A stretch of DNA of 64,000 nucleotides from Minisyncoccota bacterium. GTDB taxonomy: Bacteria; Patescibacteriota; Minisyncoccia; Phycocordibacterales; Phycocordibacteraceae. Every line of letters begins with the position of its first letter. The stretch's first letter is position 1. Below are positions 39,888 through 49,393 of this stretch, one piece after another. The stretch lies in NCBI GenBank assembly GCA_035547315.1, contig DASZVH010000008.1, positions 33,233-97,232 on the forward strand, in the 5' to 3' direction. The position numbers and the translations under genes were made by a program. The notes under the pieces are model-generated. The model did not search any database. It saw only the letters and a list, made by a program, of their open reading frames with translations, and was not told where the DNA came from.

Positions 39888-40458
39888 GCCCATACGATGC
39901 TTAAATAGCGCTATGGAACCAAGCTTGCTTGAGAAAGCGGCGCGGGTCGCGGCGGTTGCGCATAAGGATCAGAAGCGCAAGGAAGCGGACGTGCCCTATA
40001 TCGAGCATCCGATCGTCGTCGCGATCATCCTCGCGCAGCACGGATTTGGCGAGGAGGTAATCGCGGCAGGGCTCGTGCACGACGTCCTCGAGGATACCGA
40101 GTATCCGGAAGTGCAGATGCGCGCGGAGCTCGGCGAAGGAGTGATGGCGATCGTGGATGCGGTTACCAACGACGATTCGCTCTCCTGGGACGAGAAAAAG
40201 AAGAAGTACATCGAGACGGTTCGCGCAGGAAGCAAGGGTGCGAGGGCGGTCGCGACCGCCGACAAGATCGCGAACGCGAGATCTCTGGTCGCCGCGCACG
40301 CTCGGGAGGGGAGCGCGGTCTGGGCGCATTTCAATGCCGGGAGAGAGAAGAAACTTTGGTTCGAGAACGCAATGCTCGCAATGCTCGAGGAGACATGGCA
40401 GCACCCGCTCGTCGAGGAATACGCCGCGCTCGTCGCGCAGATGAACGCGCTCGACTAG
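39886..40458 (+). CDS. HD-domain (p)ppGpp hydrolase-like protein (RelA/SpoT HD domain only)
   Basis: H...IEHPIVVAIILAQHGFGEEVIAAGLVHDVLEDT matches the SpoT/Mesh1 HD hydrolase core. Only 190 aa, with no synthetase domain. Confidence 0.6.
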   Translation: MPIRCLNSAMEPSLLEKAARVAAVAHKDQKRKEADVPYIEHPIVVAIILAQHGFGEEVIAAGLVHDVLEDTEYPEVQMRAELGEGVMAIVDAVTNDDSLSWDEKKKKYIETVRAGSKGARAVATADKIANARSLVAAHAREGSAVWAHFNAGREKKLWFENAMLAMLEETWQHPLVEEYAALVAQMNALD

Positions 40459-41555
40459 TGCAGACCCTTCTGCCGCTCCTTTTCGTCTTCGCTCCGCAGC
40501 GCATCCCGGAGCTCGGTATATGCATCAATGCGCTCCTGCGGTAACTCCCTGTCCTCGAGCGCCGCCTCGAGCATGTCGGCCCAGAAGGCGACGCGCGCCT
40601 CGGTCAGCCGGCGTAGATCGCCTTCGGTATGCGGGAGGTTGCGCGCGTAGTACCAGATGAGCTCGCTCAAGCGGTAGAGCCGCATCGCGTGGAGCGCGGC
40701 CGACTCCTCCTGCGTGCGATTCTTGCGTACGTATTCCTCGAGGGCGCGCGTGAGCGGCGGGTTATAGAGCGCCATGAAGTTGAGGAAGCGCGCCCATCCC
40801 TCGTATTTATTGCCGAAGCGGAGCGAGGAGTAGTCGAGGAGATAGATCTGGCCGTCCTTGATGCGGAAATTATGCGGAACGAAATCCGTGTGGGTAAGAA
40901 AATCGCCGTATTGCTCGAGCACGCCCGTATTCTCTCGGAGAACCGCAGCTGTTCGGGCGATGAGCGTTGCGGGCCGCGTATCGTTCGAGAGCGCTACCGC
41001 AATGCCATCCTTAAACGAATCGGAATTGCGCAGGTAGTCGCGCGCCTCGAGCCTGCCGAAGACGCGTTCGATGCGGCGGCGGTGGCCATAGGTGGTGGCG
41101 TGCGCGCCCTCCTGCGCCTTAAACGCGCCAAGCGCGTAGGCGAACTGCTCCTTCAAGGGGCGCGCGAGGTAAGGGCGCTCCTGTTCGATGAATTCCTGCA
41201 CGGAAATGAGGTAGGACCCGCGGCTCCCGAAGAAGAGCTCGCGCGGCGAAGCGAAGAGTTCATAGGCGAAGTTGATTTTGTTGAGCTCGGCGCGGCGCTC
41301 GCGCTCGTGGATCAGCTCTTGCTTGCTCTCAGGATCGCTCGTGGCCTTGATGACGACGCGGCTGCCATCCGCGCGCGCGCCAAGCAGGATCAGCTTGCGC
41401 CCGCTCTCTGTGGTAACGGCGCGATGGAGGTGGCGCTCGCCCGCAAGATGCGGCTGCGCGGCATCGAGCGCATACCCCTCGCGCGCGAGGATGGGGCGGA
41501 GGCCCGCGAGCTCGCGCCCGACGTATGCCTCCCAGATTTTCCGGCTATCGGGCAT
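40455..41555 (-). CDS. aminoglycoside phosphotransferase (APH)/protein-kinase-like fold phosphotransferase
   Basis: Catalytic-loop-like HTDFVPHNFRIKDGQIYLLDYSSLRFGN (HxDxxxxN...D), resembling APH/CotS-like small-molecule kinases. Confidence 0.55.
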   Translation of the reverse strand: MPDSRKIWEAYVGRELAGLRPILAREGYALDAAQPHLAGERHLHRAVTTESGRKLILLGARADGSRVVIKATSDPESKQELIHERERRAELNKINFAYELFASPRELFFGSRGSYLISVQEFIEQERPYLARPLKEQFAYALGAFKAQEGAHATTYGHRRRIERVFGRLEARDYLRNSDSFKDGIAVALSNDTRPATLIARTAAVLRENTGVLEQYGDFLTHTDFVPHNFRIKDGQIYLLDYSSLRFGNKYEGWARFLNFMALYNPPLTRALEEYVRKNRTQEESAALHAMRLYRLSELIWYYARNLPHTEGDLRRLTEARVAFWADMLEAALEDRELPQERIDAYTELRDALRSEDEKERQKGLH

Positions 41556-42063
41556 GATTCAAAATAGTCTCGATCGTATCGAGATGCGCGCTCCATGACG
41601 CTTCATACTCCGCAATCTCTTCGGCCGGATACGGCTCAAGCGGGAGAATCTCCGGCCGAGGCGGCGGCACTTCCCGGAGCAGCGCGCGCGCCTGAGCGCG
41701 CGCGCGCCGCGCGAGGAGTCCGCCGCGCGCCTGCGCAGCCTTGTCCGCGAGAGAAAAGATGAATGGCGCGGCGATTCCGGGCAGGAGCGCGAGCTCGACC
41801 GAGGCGCCATTGATCGCGATGGCCGTCTCGGCGCCGCGCGCTTCCCGCCTCAGCGCGCGGGTAAAGGCAAAGAGCCGCGCGAGGCGCGGCCGCCGCTTGT
41901 CGATCGCGACGAGGCGGACGTTCGGGAGCTCCTCGGGCAGATGCGCGTGAGCGAGCACGGCGACCTCATGGCGCGCGGAGAGGCGCCGCGCGAGCTCTTT
42001 GGCGTATGCAGCCGCGGGCGCAACCTCGGGCGGGTAGAGCGGGGTTGCTATGAGTATCCGCAT
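41545..42063 (-). CDS. short GT4 N-terminal-domain-like protein (possibly truncated paralog)
   Basis: 172 aa. Begins MRILIATPLYPPEVAPAAAYAKELARRLSARHEV, closely echoing the N-terminus of the divergent GT4 at 42139 (MKLVLATPLYPPEIGGPATYAKELVEGLPARGIEV). Overlaps the kinase start by 11 bp. Confidence 0.35.
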   Translation of the reverse strand: MRILIATPLYPPEVAPAAAYAKELARRLSARHEVAVLAHAHLPEELPNVRLVAIDKRRPRLARLFAFTRALRREARGAETAIAINGASVELALLPGIAAPFIFSLADKAAQARGGLLARRARAQARALLREVPPPRPEILPLEPYPAEEIAEYEASWSAHLDTIETILNHAR

Positions 42064-42138
42064 GAGTGCAAATCTAGCATGTCTCCTATAACCCGCAGCC
42101 CGCTCGCTCGGGTGCGCTAAAACCGCTAAAATGAAGGC

Positions 42139-43236
42139 ATGAAGCTCGTCCTGGCGACTCCGCTCTACCCGCCCGAGATCGGCGGGCCGGCTACTTACGC
42201 CAAGGAGCTCGTGGAGGGACTGCCTGCGCGCGGTATCGAGGTCGAGCTGGTGAAGTTCTCCGACGTGCGGAACCTGCCGAAGCTCCTGCGGCATTATAGA
42301 TATTACCGACATGTACTTGCCGCAGCGCGCGACGGGGATATCGTCTTTGTTCAAGACACCGTGAGTTGCGGATTGCCCGCGCGTCTCGCCGCATGGCGGG
42401 CGGGGAAGCCGCTTATCGTGCGCGTCCCCGGCGACTATGTCTGGGAGCAGGCGCGCCAGCGCTTTGGCGTAGCCGATGGCATCGATGAGTTTCAAGGCAA
42501 ACAATACGGCCTACGGGTCGGCGTGCTGCGCTTTATCCAGCGGGGCGTCGTGCGTTCCGCGGCGCGCGTCATTGTACCGAGCGAATATTTCGCCGGCGTC
42601 GCGGCGGGTTGGGGGGTGCCGCGCGCGCGGATCGCGGTCATCTACAACGGCATCCATCTGCCGCTCACTGCCGTGCCGCCGCGCGAGGTGCCGGAAGCAC
42701 CCTTCATGGTCTCCGTCGGCCGGCTCGTGCCGTGGAAGGGCTTTGCGGCGCTCATCCGAATCCTCGCGACGCTGCCGGCCTGGCGCCTCGTGATCATCGG
42801 AGACGGCCCCAACCGTGCCGCGCTCGAGCAGGAAGCACGCGCCGCGGGCGTCGCGGACCGCGTGCGCTTCGTGGGCGCGCTGCCTAATGCCGAGGCGGTC
42901 GGCTGGTATCGCGCGGCGACCGCCTTCGTGCTCAACTCCTCGTTCGAGAGTTTCTCGTTCCAAGTCGCCGAGGCGATGGCCGTCGGAGCCCGCATAATCG
43001 CGACCGATATCGGCAGCATTCCCGAGCTCGTCGAAGACGGGCAGGAAGGCCTGCTGATACGGCCCGACGACGAGGCGGCTATCGCCGCCTCGCTCGAGCT
43101 CATCCGCACCGAGCCCGCCGCGGCGGCCGCGCGCGCCGAGGCCGCGAGAGAAAAAGCCCGGCGATTCTCGAGCGAGCGCACCTTCGACGCGCTCGCGACG
43201 CTCCTCGGGGAGGTCGCCGCTGCGATGCTACGATGA
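42139..43236 (+). CDS. glycosyltransferase family 4
   Basis: GT-B N- and C-domains (SFESFSFQVAEAMAVGARIIATDIGSIPELVEDGQEGLL). Confidence 0.75.
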   Translation: MKLVLATPLYPPEIGGPATYAKELVEGLPARGIEVELVKFSDVRNLPKLLRHYRYYRHVLAAARDGDIVFVQDTVSCGLPARLAAWRAGKPLIVRVPGDYVWEQARQRFGVADGIDEFQGKQYGLRVGVLRFIQRGVVRSAARVIVPSEYFAGVAAGWGVPRARIAVIYNGIHLPLTAVPPREVPEAPFMVSVGRLVPWKGFAALIRILATLPAWRLVIIGDGPNRAALEQEARAAGVADRVRFVGALPNAEAVGWYRAATAFVLNSSFESFSFQVAEAMAVGARIIATDIGSIPELVEDGQEGLLIRPDDEAAIAASLELIRTEPAAAAARAEAAREKARRFSSERTFDALATLLGEVAAAMLR

Positions 43237-43883
43237 GCCCTGCTATGGAGGTCCAAGTAAAGGAAGGCGCCTATCGCCGGGATTCCTATGCGCCGCTCGA
43301 GCGCTTCATCGCCTATCATGCCCAGCTCGAGCTCGTGCGCGAGACGCGGGCCGCGACCATCCTCTTTATCGGCATCGGCGACGGCATGGTGCCCGATTTC
43401 CTCAAGAAGGATCCGCGCTATCAGGTGACCACGTTCGACTTCGACGCGCGGCTCGCGCCGGACGTCGTCGGCGACATCCGCGCGCTCCCGTTTCCCGATC
43501 GGAGCTTCGACCTCGTCTGCGCGTTCGAGGTCTTGGAACATATCCCTTTCGACGACGCCAAGGGCGCGCTCGCCGAGATCGCGCGCGTCGCGCGCGCGGC
43601 GGCGGTCTCGCTGCCGCACCGCCAGACCGGCTTCGACGTCGCGCTTAAATTTCCCTTCATCCGCTCTCTTACCGGCCGGAACCTCCTCGCCTTTTCGCTT
43701 TTGGTGCCGGTGCGCTTCCCGGGCTTTGCGGTTTCCGGACAGCACTATTGGGAGATCGACTGGTGGACGACGAGCATCCGCGCGGTCCGCGCCGCGATGC
43801 GCTGCCATTTCACGATCGAGCGCGAATTCACGCCGCCGCTCGATCAGTATCATCGCTTCTTCCTGCTCGCGGCGAAGCTATGA
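43233..43883 (+). CDS. class I SAM-dependent methyltransferase
   Basis: ILFIGIGDGMVPDFL (motif I), DIRALPFPDRSFDLVCAFEVLEHIP (motifs II/III). ATGA overlaps on both sides. Confidence 0.65.
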   Translation: MSPAMEVQVKEGAYRRDSYAPLERFIAYHAQLELVRETRAATILFIGIGDGMVPDFLKKDPRYQVTTFDFDARLAPDVVGDIRALPFPDRSFDLVCAFEVLEHIPFDDAKGALAEIARVARAAAVSLPHRQTGFDVALKFPFIRSLTGRNLLAFSLLVPVRFPGFAVSGQHYWEIDWWTTSIRAVRAAMRCHFTIEREFTPPLDQYHRFFLLAAKL

Positions 43884-45004
43884 AAGCGCTTTTCATCTCC
43901 AACGATCCAAGCATTTTCGACGCCTCAAGCGAAGCGCGCGTGCGGATGCGCGACTACGCCGCCGCGATCGGCGAGCTGCATATCGTCTCGCCGGCCGCGA
44001 AGGACGCGCAAGAAATCGCGGAGCAGAATCTTTTCCTCCACCCCGTCCGCGCGTCGCGCCTCTTCCGTATCGGCGCGCTCGCCAAGCGCGCGCGCGGCGT
44101 CATCGCGGAGCGCGGCATCGAGGTCGTCTCCGCCCAGGATCCGTTCGAGCAGGGGCTTGCGGCGCTGCGGGCGGTGCAAAACACTCCGGCGAAGCTGCAC
44201 GTGCAGGTGCATACCGACTTCCTCTCGCCGTGGTTCGTCAAAAGTGGGAATCCGCGTAGCCCGCGCGTGCGCATGCCACTCATCAACCGCTTGCGCCGCC
44301 GCTGGGCCGACAAAGTGTTGCCGCAGGCAAGCGGCATCCGCGTCGTCTCGGCGCGCGTCAAGAGCTCGCTCGCCAAGCGCTACGGCGCCGCGATCCGCGA
44401 GCCCGCCGTGATCCCGATCCGCATATCTGCAGAGCTGCCGCCCAAATCGCCGCTCAATCTCTTCAGCTTCACGCTGCTTGCGGTCGGCCGGCTCGAACCC
44501 GAGAAACGGGTCGAAGACATCCTCGCGGCGCTCGCGAATGTCGTGCCCAAATATCCGATCGTGGGCCTCGCGATCGCGGGCGAAGGCCGTGAGCGCGCGC
44601 GCCTCGAGCGGATGGTCAAAAAGCTCGGGCTCGGGCAGCATGTCGCCTTCCTCGGCGCGCGCGCGGACGCGCGCGGGCTCATGCAGAGCGCGCAAGGGTT
44701 CATCCAGGCGAGCGCCTATGAGGGCTACGGCCGTACGCTCATAGAGGCCGCGCTCGCCAAAGTCCCGATCATCACGACCGACGTCGGCATCGTCGGCGAG
44801 GTGCTGAAGGGCTACGACGACGTGCTTTCGGCGCCGGTCGCGGACCCGACCGCGCTCATGTATCACATCGTCGGCCTCGTCGAAGACGTCGCGACGCGCC
44901 TCGCGCTCGCGCTCCACGCCGAGGCCACCGCGCGGAGCTATCTCGCCGGCGCCAGGAACGCGCCGGAAGACATCGCCGCCGATCTCGCGAAAGCGCTTTT
45001 ATGA
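43880..45004 (+). CDS. glycosyltransferase family 4
   Basis: GT-B; C-domain SAYEGYGRTLIEAALAKVPIITTDVGIVGEVL. Confidence 0.7.
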   Translation: MKALFISNDPSIFDASSEARVRMRDYAAAIGELHIVSPAAKDAQEIAEQNLFLHPVRASRLFRIGALAKRARGVIAERGIEVVSAQDPFEQGLAALRAVQNTPAKLHVQVHTDFLSPWFVKSGNPRSPRVRMPLINRLRRRWADKVLPQASGIRVVSARVKSSLAKRYGAAIREPAVIPIRISAELPPKSPLNLFSFTLLAVGRLEPEKRVEDILAALANVVPKYPIVGLAIAGEGRERARLERMVKKLGLGQHVAFLGARADARGLMQSAQGFIQASAYEGYGRTLIEAALAKVPIITTDVGIVGEVLKGYDDVLSAPVADPTALMYHIVGLVEDVATRLALALHAEATARSYLAGARNAPEDIAADLAKALL

Positions 45005-47070
45005 GATTACTGATCTGCGCGCAGGCGGTGGACGAGAATGACCCCGCGCTCGGCTTCTTCTGCGGCTGGCTCGCGGAGCTCGCCAAGCGTTTCGACTCGA
45101 TCGATGTGATCTGCCTGCGGGAGGGGGAGCACGCGCTGCCGGAAAACGTCAGCATCCATCCCCTCGGCGCCGGCGGCAGGATCGCGCGCACGATCCGGCT
45201 CAAGCGGCTCGCGTGGAAGCTCCGGCGCGATTACGACGCCGTCTTCGTGCACATGAATCAGGAGTATGTGCTCGTCGCGGGAACGCTCTGGAAGATGCTC
45301 GGCAAGCCGGTCTATCTTTGGCGCAATCATTACGCCGGATCTTTCCTTACCCGCATCGCCGCGGCTTTTTGCGCGAAAGTTTTCTACACCTCGGCGCACT
45401 CCTACACCGCGCGCTTTGCGAACGCCGTGCGGATGCCGGTGGGCGTCGATCTCGCGCGCTTCGGCACTGCCGCCGCTTCGTCCGCGCCGCGCTCGATCCT
45501 CTTCCTTGCGCGGATGTCGCCCGCGAAGCGCCCGGAGATGCTACTTCGCGCGCTCGCTGCGCTCGCGCGCGAAGGCGCGGAGTTCTCCGCGGTTTTCTGC
45601 GGCTCGCCGCTCCCGCGCGACCGCGCATGGTATGAAAAGCTCAAGGAGGAGGCGCGTTCGCTCGGCATAGCGGAGCGGATCGAATGGAAGCCCTCCATCG
45701 CGAATGCCCAGACGCCCGCGCTCTACCGCGCGCACGCGATCTTCGTCAATTGCTCGCCCTCGGGAATGTTCGACAAGACGCTCTTCGAGGCGGCGGCCTG
45801 CGGCTGCCGCGTGCTCGCCTCAAGCGACGACTGGCGCGCGCTCGCGGGTGCCGATTCATTCTTCTCTTCCGAAGCCGAGCTTGCGGTACGTCTTAAAGAA
45901 ACGTTCGTCCTGCCCGCCTCCACCACGCCGGCATTCGTCGCGGCGAACGATCTCTCCGCACTCGCGGCCGCGCTCGCGGCCGAATGCAATCCTTCCGCGG
46001 ATCGCGAGACCCGGCTTCTGTACGCGACCTCCGCTCTCTTTCCCTCGCAGATGGCCAACCGCGTGCAGATCCTCTCCATGGCGCGCGCCTTCCATGAAGC
46101 GCTCGGAGAACGCTTTATCCTCGGCATTCCGGCGCAGTCCGTTCTCGTGGAGGGCTTTCAAATCGCGCGCGTTCCCGGCTCGACCTGGAGCTTTGCGCTC
46201 GCGTGGCGCTACGCGAACCTCATACGTCGGGAACGCATCACCCATGTCTTTTGCCGCGAGGAGCGGCTGCTCTATTTCCTCATGCTTTTCTCGCGATTGG
46301 CCGGCGTGCGCGTGGAATTCGTCTTCGAGGCGCATTGGGTGCTCGATAATTCCTTCTTCCGCGCGGTCGTCCGCCGCGCCGATCGGATCATCGCGACCGC
46401 TTCGGGCGTTATGACGGATCTTGCCCCCCTTGAGATTCCGCAGAATCGTCTAGCGATCGAGCCGAACGGAGTAGATCTCGCCGTATACACGACGCTTCCT
46501 GACGCCGACACTACGCGCGCGCGGTATAAAATAGCCGAAGGCGCACGCCTGATCGGCTACACCGGCAGCATCGGAGTGCACGACTGGAAGGGAGTCGACA
46601 TCTTGCTCGAGGCCGCGCGTGCCGCGCCGCCTGGCTGGCTATTCTGGCTCGTGGGCGGCGAGCCGAAGGAAGTAGGGGAACTGCGCGCGCGCTATCCCGA
46701 CGTCCGGTTCGAGGGATATCAAGCTCACGCGCAAATCGCGGCGATCCAAGCCGCGTGCGATATTCTCGTTCTTCCCAACAAAAGCAGAGATCCGGCTTCC
46801 GAACGCTATACCTCGCCGCTCAAGCTGTTTGAATATATGGCGAGCGGCGCGCCGATCCTCGCGAGCGATTTGCCCTCCGCGCGCGAGATCGTCTCGGAAG
46901 AAGAGGTCGTTTTTTTCACGGCCGGAGACGCGACGGCGCTCTGCGCCGGCATCGCGCAGATCTTCGCCGACCCGGAAGCGGCCCGCGCGCGCGCGGCGCG
47001 CGCGCGGGCGAAAGCGGGCGAGCACACCTGGAGCGCGCGGGCGCGCCGCATCGTATACTCCCTGCCATGA
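45001..47070 (+). CDS. tandem GT4-GT4 fusion glycosyltransferase (two GT-B modules, 689 aa)
   Basis: First module aa 1-330 (MRLLICAQAVDEND...VNCSPSGMFDKTLFEAAACGCRVLAS). Second module aa ~340-689 restarts with an N-domain (LLYATSALFPSQMANRVQILSMARAF) and has its own C-domain (SPLKLFEYMASGAPILASDLPSAREIV). Confidence 0.65.
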   Translation: MRLLICAQAVDENDPALGFFCGWLAELAKRFDSIDVICLREGEHALPENVSIHPLGAGGRIARTIRLKRLAWKLRRDYDAVFVHMNQEYVLVAGTLWKMLGKPVYLWRNHYAGSFLTRIAAAFCAKVFYTSAHSYTARFANAVRMPVGVDLARFGTAAASSAPRSILFLARMSPAKRPEMLLRALAALAREGAEFSAVFCGSPLPRDRAWYEKLKEEARSLGIAERIEWKPSIANAQTPALYRAHAIFVNCSPSGMFDKTLFEAAACGCRVLASSDDWRALAGADSFFSSEAELAVRLKETFVLPASTTPAFVAANDLSALAAALAAECNPSADRETRLLYATSALFPSQMANRVQILSMARAFHEALGERFILGIPAQSVLVEGFQIARVPGSTWSFALAWRYANLIRRERITHVFCREERLLYFLMLFSRLAGVRVEFVFEAHWVLDNSFFRAVVRRADRIIATASGVMTDLAPLEIPQNRLAIEPNGVDLAVYTTLPDADTTRARYKIAEGARLIGYTGSIGVHDWKGVDILLEAARAAPPGWLFWLVGGEPKEVGELRARYPDVRFEGYQAHAQIAAIQAACDILVLPNKSRDPASERYTSPLKLFEYMASGAPILASDLPSAREIVSEEEVVFFTAGDATALCAGIAQIFADPEAARARAARARAKAGEHTWSARARRIVYSLP

Positions 47071-48635
47071 GCGCTCGCACCGCCGCAATTTTCGCCTATC
47101 ATTCGATCGACGACCGGCCGGAATATCCTTTCTCGATCGCGCCCGCCGAATTCGAGCGGCGGATGGCCGAGCTCAAGCGGCAGGAGCGGCCGGTCCTCCC
47201 GCTCGCCGAGATCGTCCGCCGGATCGAAGCCCGCGAGGATCTTGAAGGCGCGGCAGCGATCACCTTCGACGACGGCTACCGCGACAATCTCGAGGTCGCG
47301 CTGCCGATCCTCGAGCGCTATGGATTCCCCGCGACCGTCTTCATCGCGCCCGAGACGCTGGGAAGGCCTAACGGCTTCGGGATCGAGCGGCTCTCCCGCG
47401 ACGAGCTCCGGCGGCTTGCCGCGTCGCCTTTGATCGCCATCGGCTCGCACGCGCTGACGCACCGGATGCTTACGAAGCTTTCCGAAGCGGAGGTTGCCCA
47501 TGAAGTAGCGGCGTCGAAGGCGGCGCTCGCCGAGATCGTGGGCTACCCTCCGCGATTCTTCGCCTATCCTTATGGGAAAGCGAGCCCGCAAATCGCCGCG
47601 CAAGTGAAAAGGGAAGGATTCATAGCCGCGTTCACCACCGACGCGCGCGACGCGGGCATCGGCGACGACCTCTTCTCCCTCCCGCGCCATACGATCAAAG
47701 CGCCGGCGGATATGAAAGAAGCCCTGCTGCGCAAGCTCTGGGTACGCATGCGCGCCTCCGGCCCGCGCATAGTCGCGAAAGCGCTCGGCCGCGTGCTTAT
47801 GGCCGGCCGCAGTACGCCGCTTTTCCTCACCGACGCCGATATCGAGATCCTGGCCGCTCATAAGGAACGGCGCCGCGGCGCCCGCCTGCGCGAGCTGGGC
47901 GCCGCTTCAGCCGCCGACCTCGAGAAGGGAAGGGAGGAGATAGTCTCGATCGGCATCTTCGCCTGTAACCGCTTCGATCTCCTGCAGGAGACCTGCGCCG
48001 CGCTTGCGCGCTATCTCGCCGAATACGGCGGCAATTGGAAACACGAGGTGCTGCTCTTCCACGACGGGCAAAACGAGGAGATCGAGCGCTGGGCGCGCGC
48101 GAACCCGCTCTTCGACCGCGTCTTTTTCAATAGCGAGAATCGCGGCCTCTCCCATAACATCAACCGATTCTGGTTCGAGGAGTCGCGCGGCACATGGCTC
48201 TTCGATCTCGAAGACGACTGGCTCTGCGAATTCAAGAACGATTTCGTCGGGAACGGCCTCGCCATACTCGCCGAGGACGAGCGCGTCGGCTGTGTCAAGT
48301 TCGAGCGGCGCTATCCGGACGATTGGAAGGCGTGGCGCACGACCTTCAAGGCCGGCACGCGCATGCTCTCGGCGCGTGTCTTCCAGACGGCGGGGCATCA
48401 TCGCTACCGGCTGATCTGCCGGGCGCCCTACGCCAACTCCTGCGCGCTCTACCGCTTCTCTTCGCTCGCGCTCACCGGCCGGCTGCGCGATGATCGCGTC
48501 AACCGCCGCGCGCAGGAGGGCGAATATATCAGGAAATACGACCGGCTCTGGCTCGGCGCGCAGGGCGCCTCGGCCAAGGATCATCCCTTCCTCCACACCG
48601 GGGACGGCCGGTCGGTAGAAACGTGGAATCAATGA
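47067..48635 (+). CDS. polysaccharide deacetylase (NodB/CE4) fused to GT2-like (GT-A) glycosyltransferase domain
   Basis: N-terminal NodB motifs (ITFDDGYRDN, IGSHALTHRML, FAYPYG). C-terminal ~250 aa with GT-A features (IVSIGIFACNRFDLLQETCAAL...DLEDDW). Confidence 0.65.
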   Translation: MSARTAAIFAYHSIDDRPEYPFSIAPAEFERRMAELKRQERPVLPLAEIVRRIEAREDLEGAAAITFDDGYRDNLEVALPILERYGFPATVFIAPETLGRPNGFGIERLSRDELRRLAASPLIAIGSHALTHRMLTKLSEAEVAHEVAASKAALAEIVGYPPRFFAYPYGKASPQIAAQVKREGFIAAFTTDARDAGIGDDLFSLPRHTIKAPADMKEALLRKLWVRMRASGPRIVAKALGRVLMAGRSTPLFLTDADIEILAAHKERRRGARLRELGAASAADLEKGREEIVSIGIFACNRFDLLQETCAALARYLAEYGGNWKHEVLLFHDGQNEEIERWARANPLFDRVFFNSENRGLSHNINRFWFEESRGTWLFDLEDDWLCEFKNDFVGNGLAILAEDERVGCVKFERRYPDDWKAWRTTFKAGTRMLSARVFQTAGHHRYRLICRAPYANSCALYRFSSLALTGRLRDDRVNRRAQEGEYIRKYDRLWLGAQGASAKDHPFLHTGDGRSVETWNQ

Positions 48636-49393
48636 AACGCCTTTCGCTTGCGCTTAAGATCGCCGCGCTCCCCGCCACGCCGCTTGAACGCGCGCTCCTC
48701 TTCGCCTGGTCGGGCGCCGCGGCGCTCCGGCTCCCGCTCTCGCCGCTCCGCGTGCGCATCCGTTTCCCCGGCGGCGCGCATGCTATCTCCTTCAAGGCCA
48801 TCGCCGACGTCTGGGTCTTGAAGGACGTGCTCCTCGACCGCGAATATGACCATCCGTATCCGGGCGCGCCGGAAGTGATCGTCGATCTCGGCGCGAACAT
48901 CGGCATCTCGACCGCTTACTTCGCCGCGCGTTTCCCAGGCGCGATCGTCCACGCCGTCGAGCCCAACCCGCATCTCGCGCGCCAGCTCGCGGAGAACCTC
49001 GCCGGGTTCGGGAATGTCCGCGTCCACCATTTCGCGCTCGGCGCGGGCGACGGCCGCGCCTCGCTCTCGCTCGGCGCGTCTTCCGCCGCATCCTCCATCG
49101 TCGCGCGCGTCGGCGCGAACGCGGTCTCAGTCGAGACCGTCTCCTTCGCGACGCTCTTCGCGCGCATCGGGAGCGAGCGCATCGACATCCTCAAGTTCGA
49201 CATCGAGGGCGCGGAACGCTACCTCTTCGAGCGTCCGGCGCCGCGCCCGGTCGGCGCGTATGTCGGCGAGATCCACTACGATAAAATGCCGCTTGTCCGC
49301 GACGACATCTGCGCCGCGCTTGCCGGCTACGCGATCGAGGAGTATCCCGCGGGCCGCGATGACCGCGCGCTCATCTATGCGCAGAAGGAATGA
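48632..49393 (+). CDS. FkbM-family SAM-dependent methyltransferase
   Basis: VIVDLGANIGISTAYFAARFPGAIVHAVEPNP...; ATGA overlap with the upstream gene. Confidence 0.6.
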   Translation: MKRLSLALKIAALPATPLERALLFAWSGAAALRLPLSPLRVRIRFPGGAHAISFKAIADVWVLKDVLLDREYDHPYPGAPEVIVDLGANIGISTAYFAARFPGAIVHAVEPNPHLARQLAENLAGFGNVRVHHFALGAGDGRASLSLGASSAASSIVARVGANAVSVETVSFATLFARIGSERIDILKFDIEGAERYLFERPAPRPVGAYVGEIHYDKMPLVRDDICAALAGYAIEEYPAGRDDRALIYAQKE

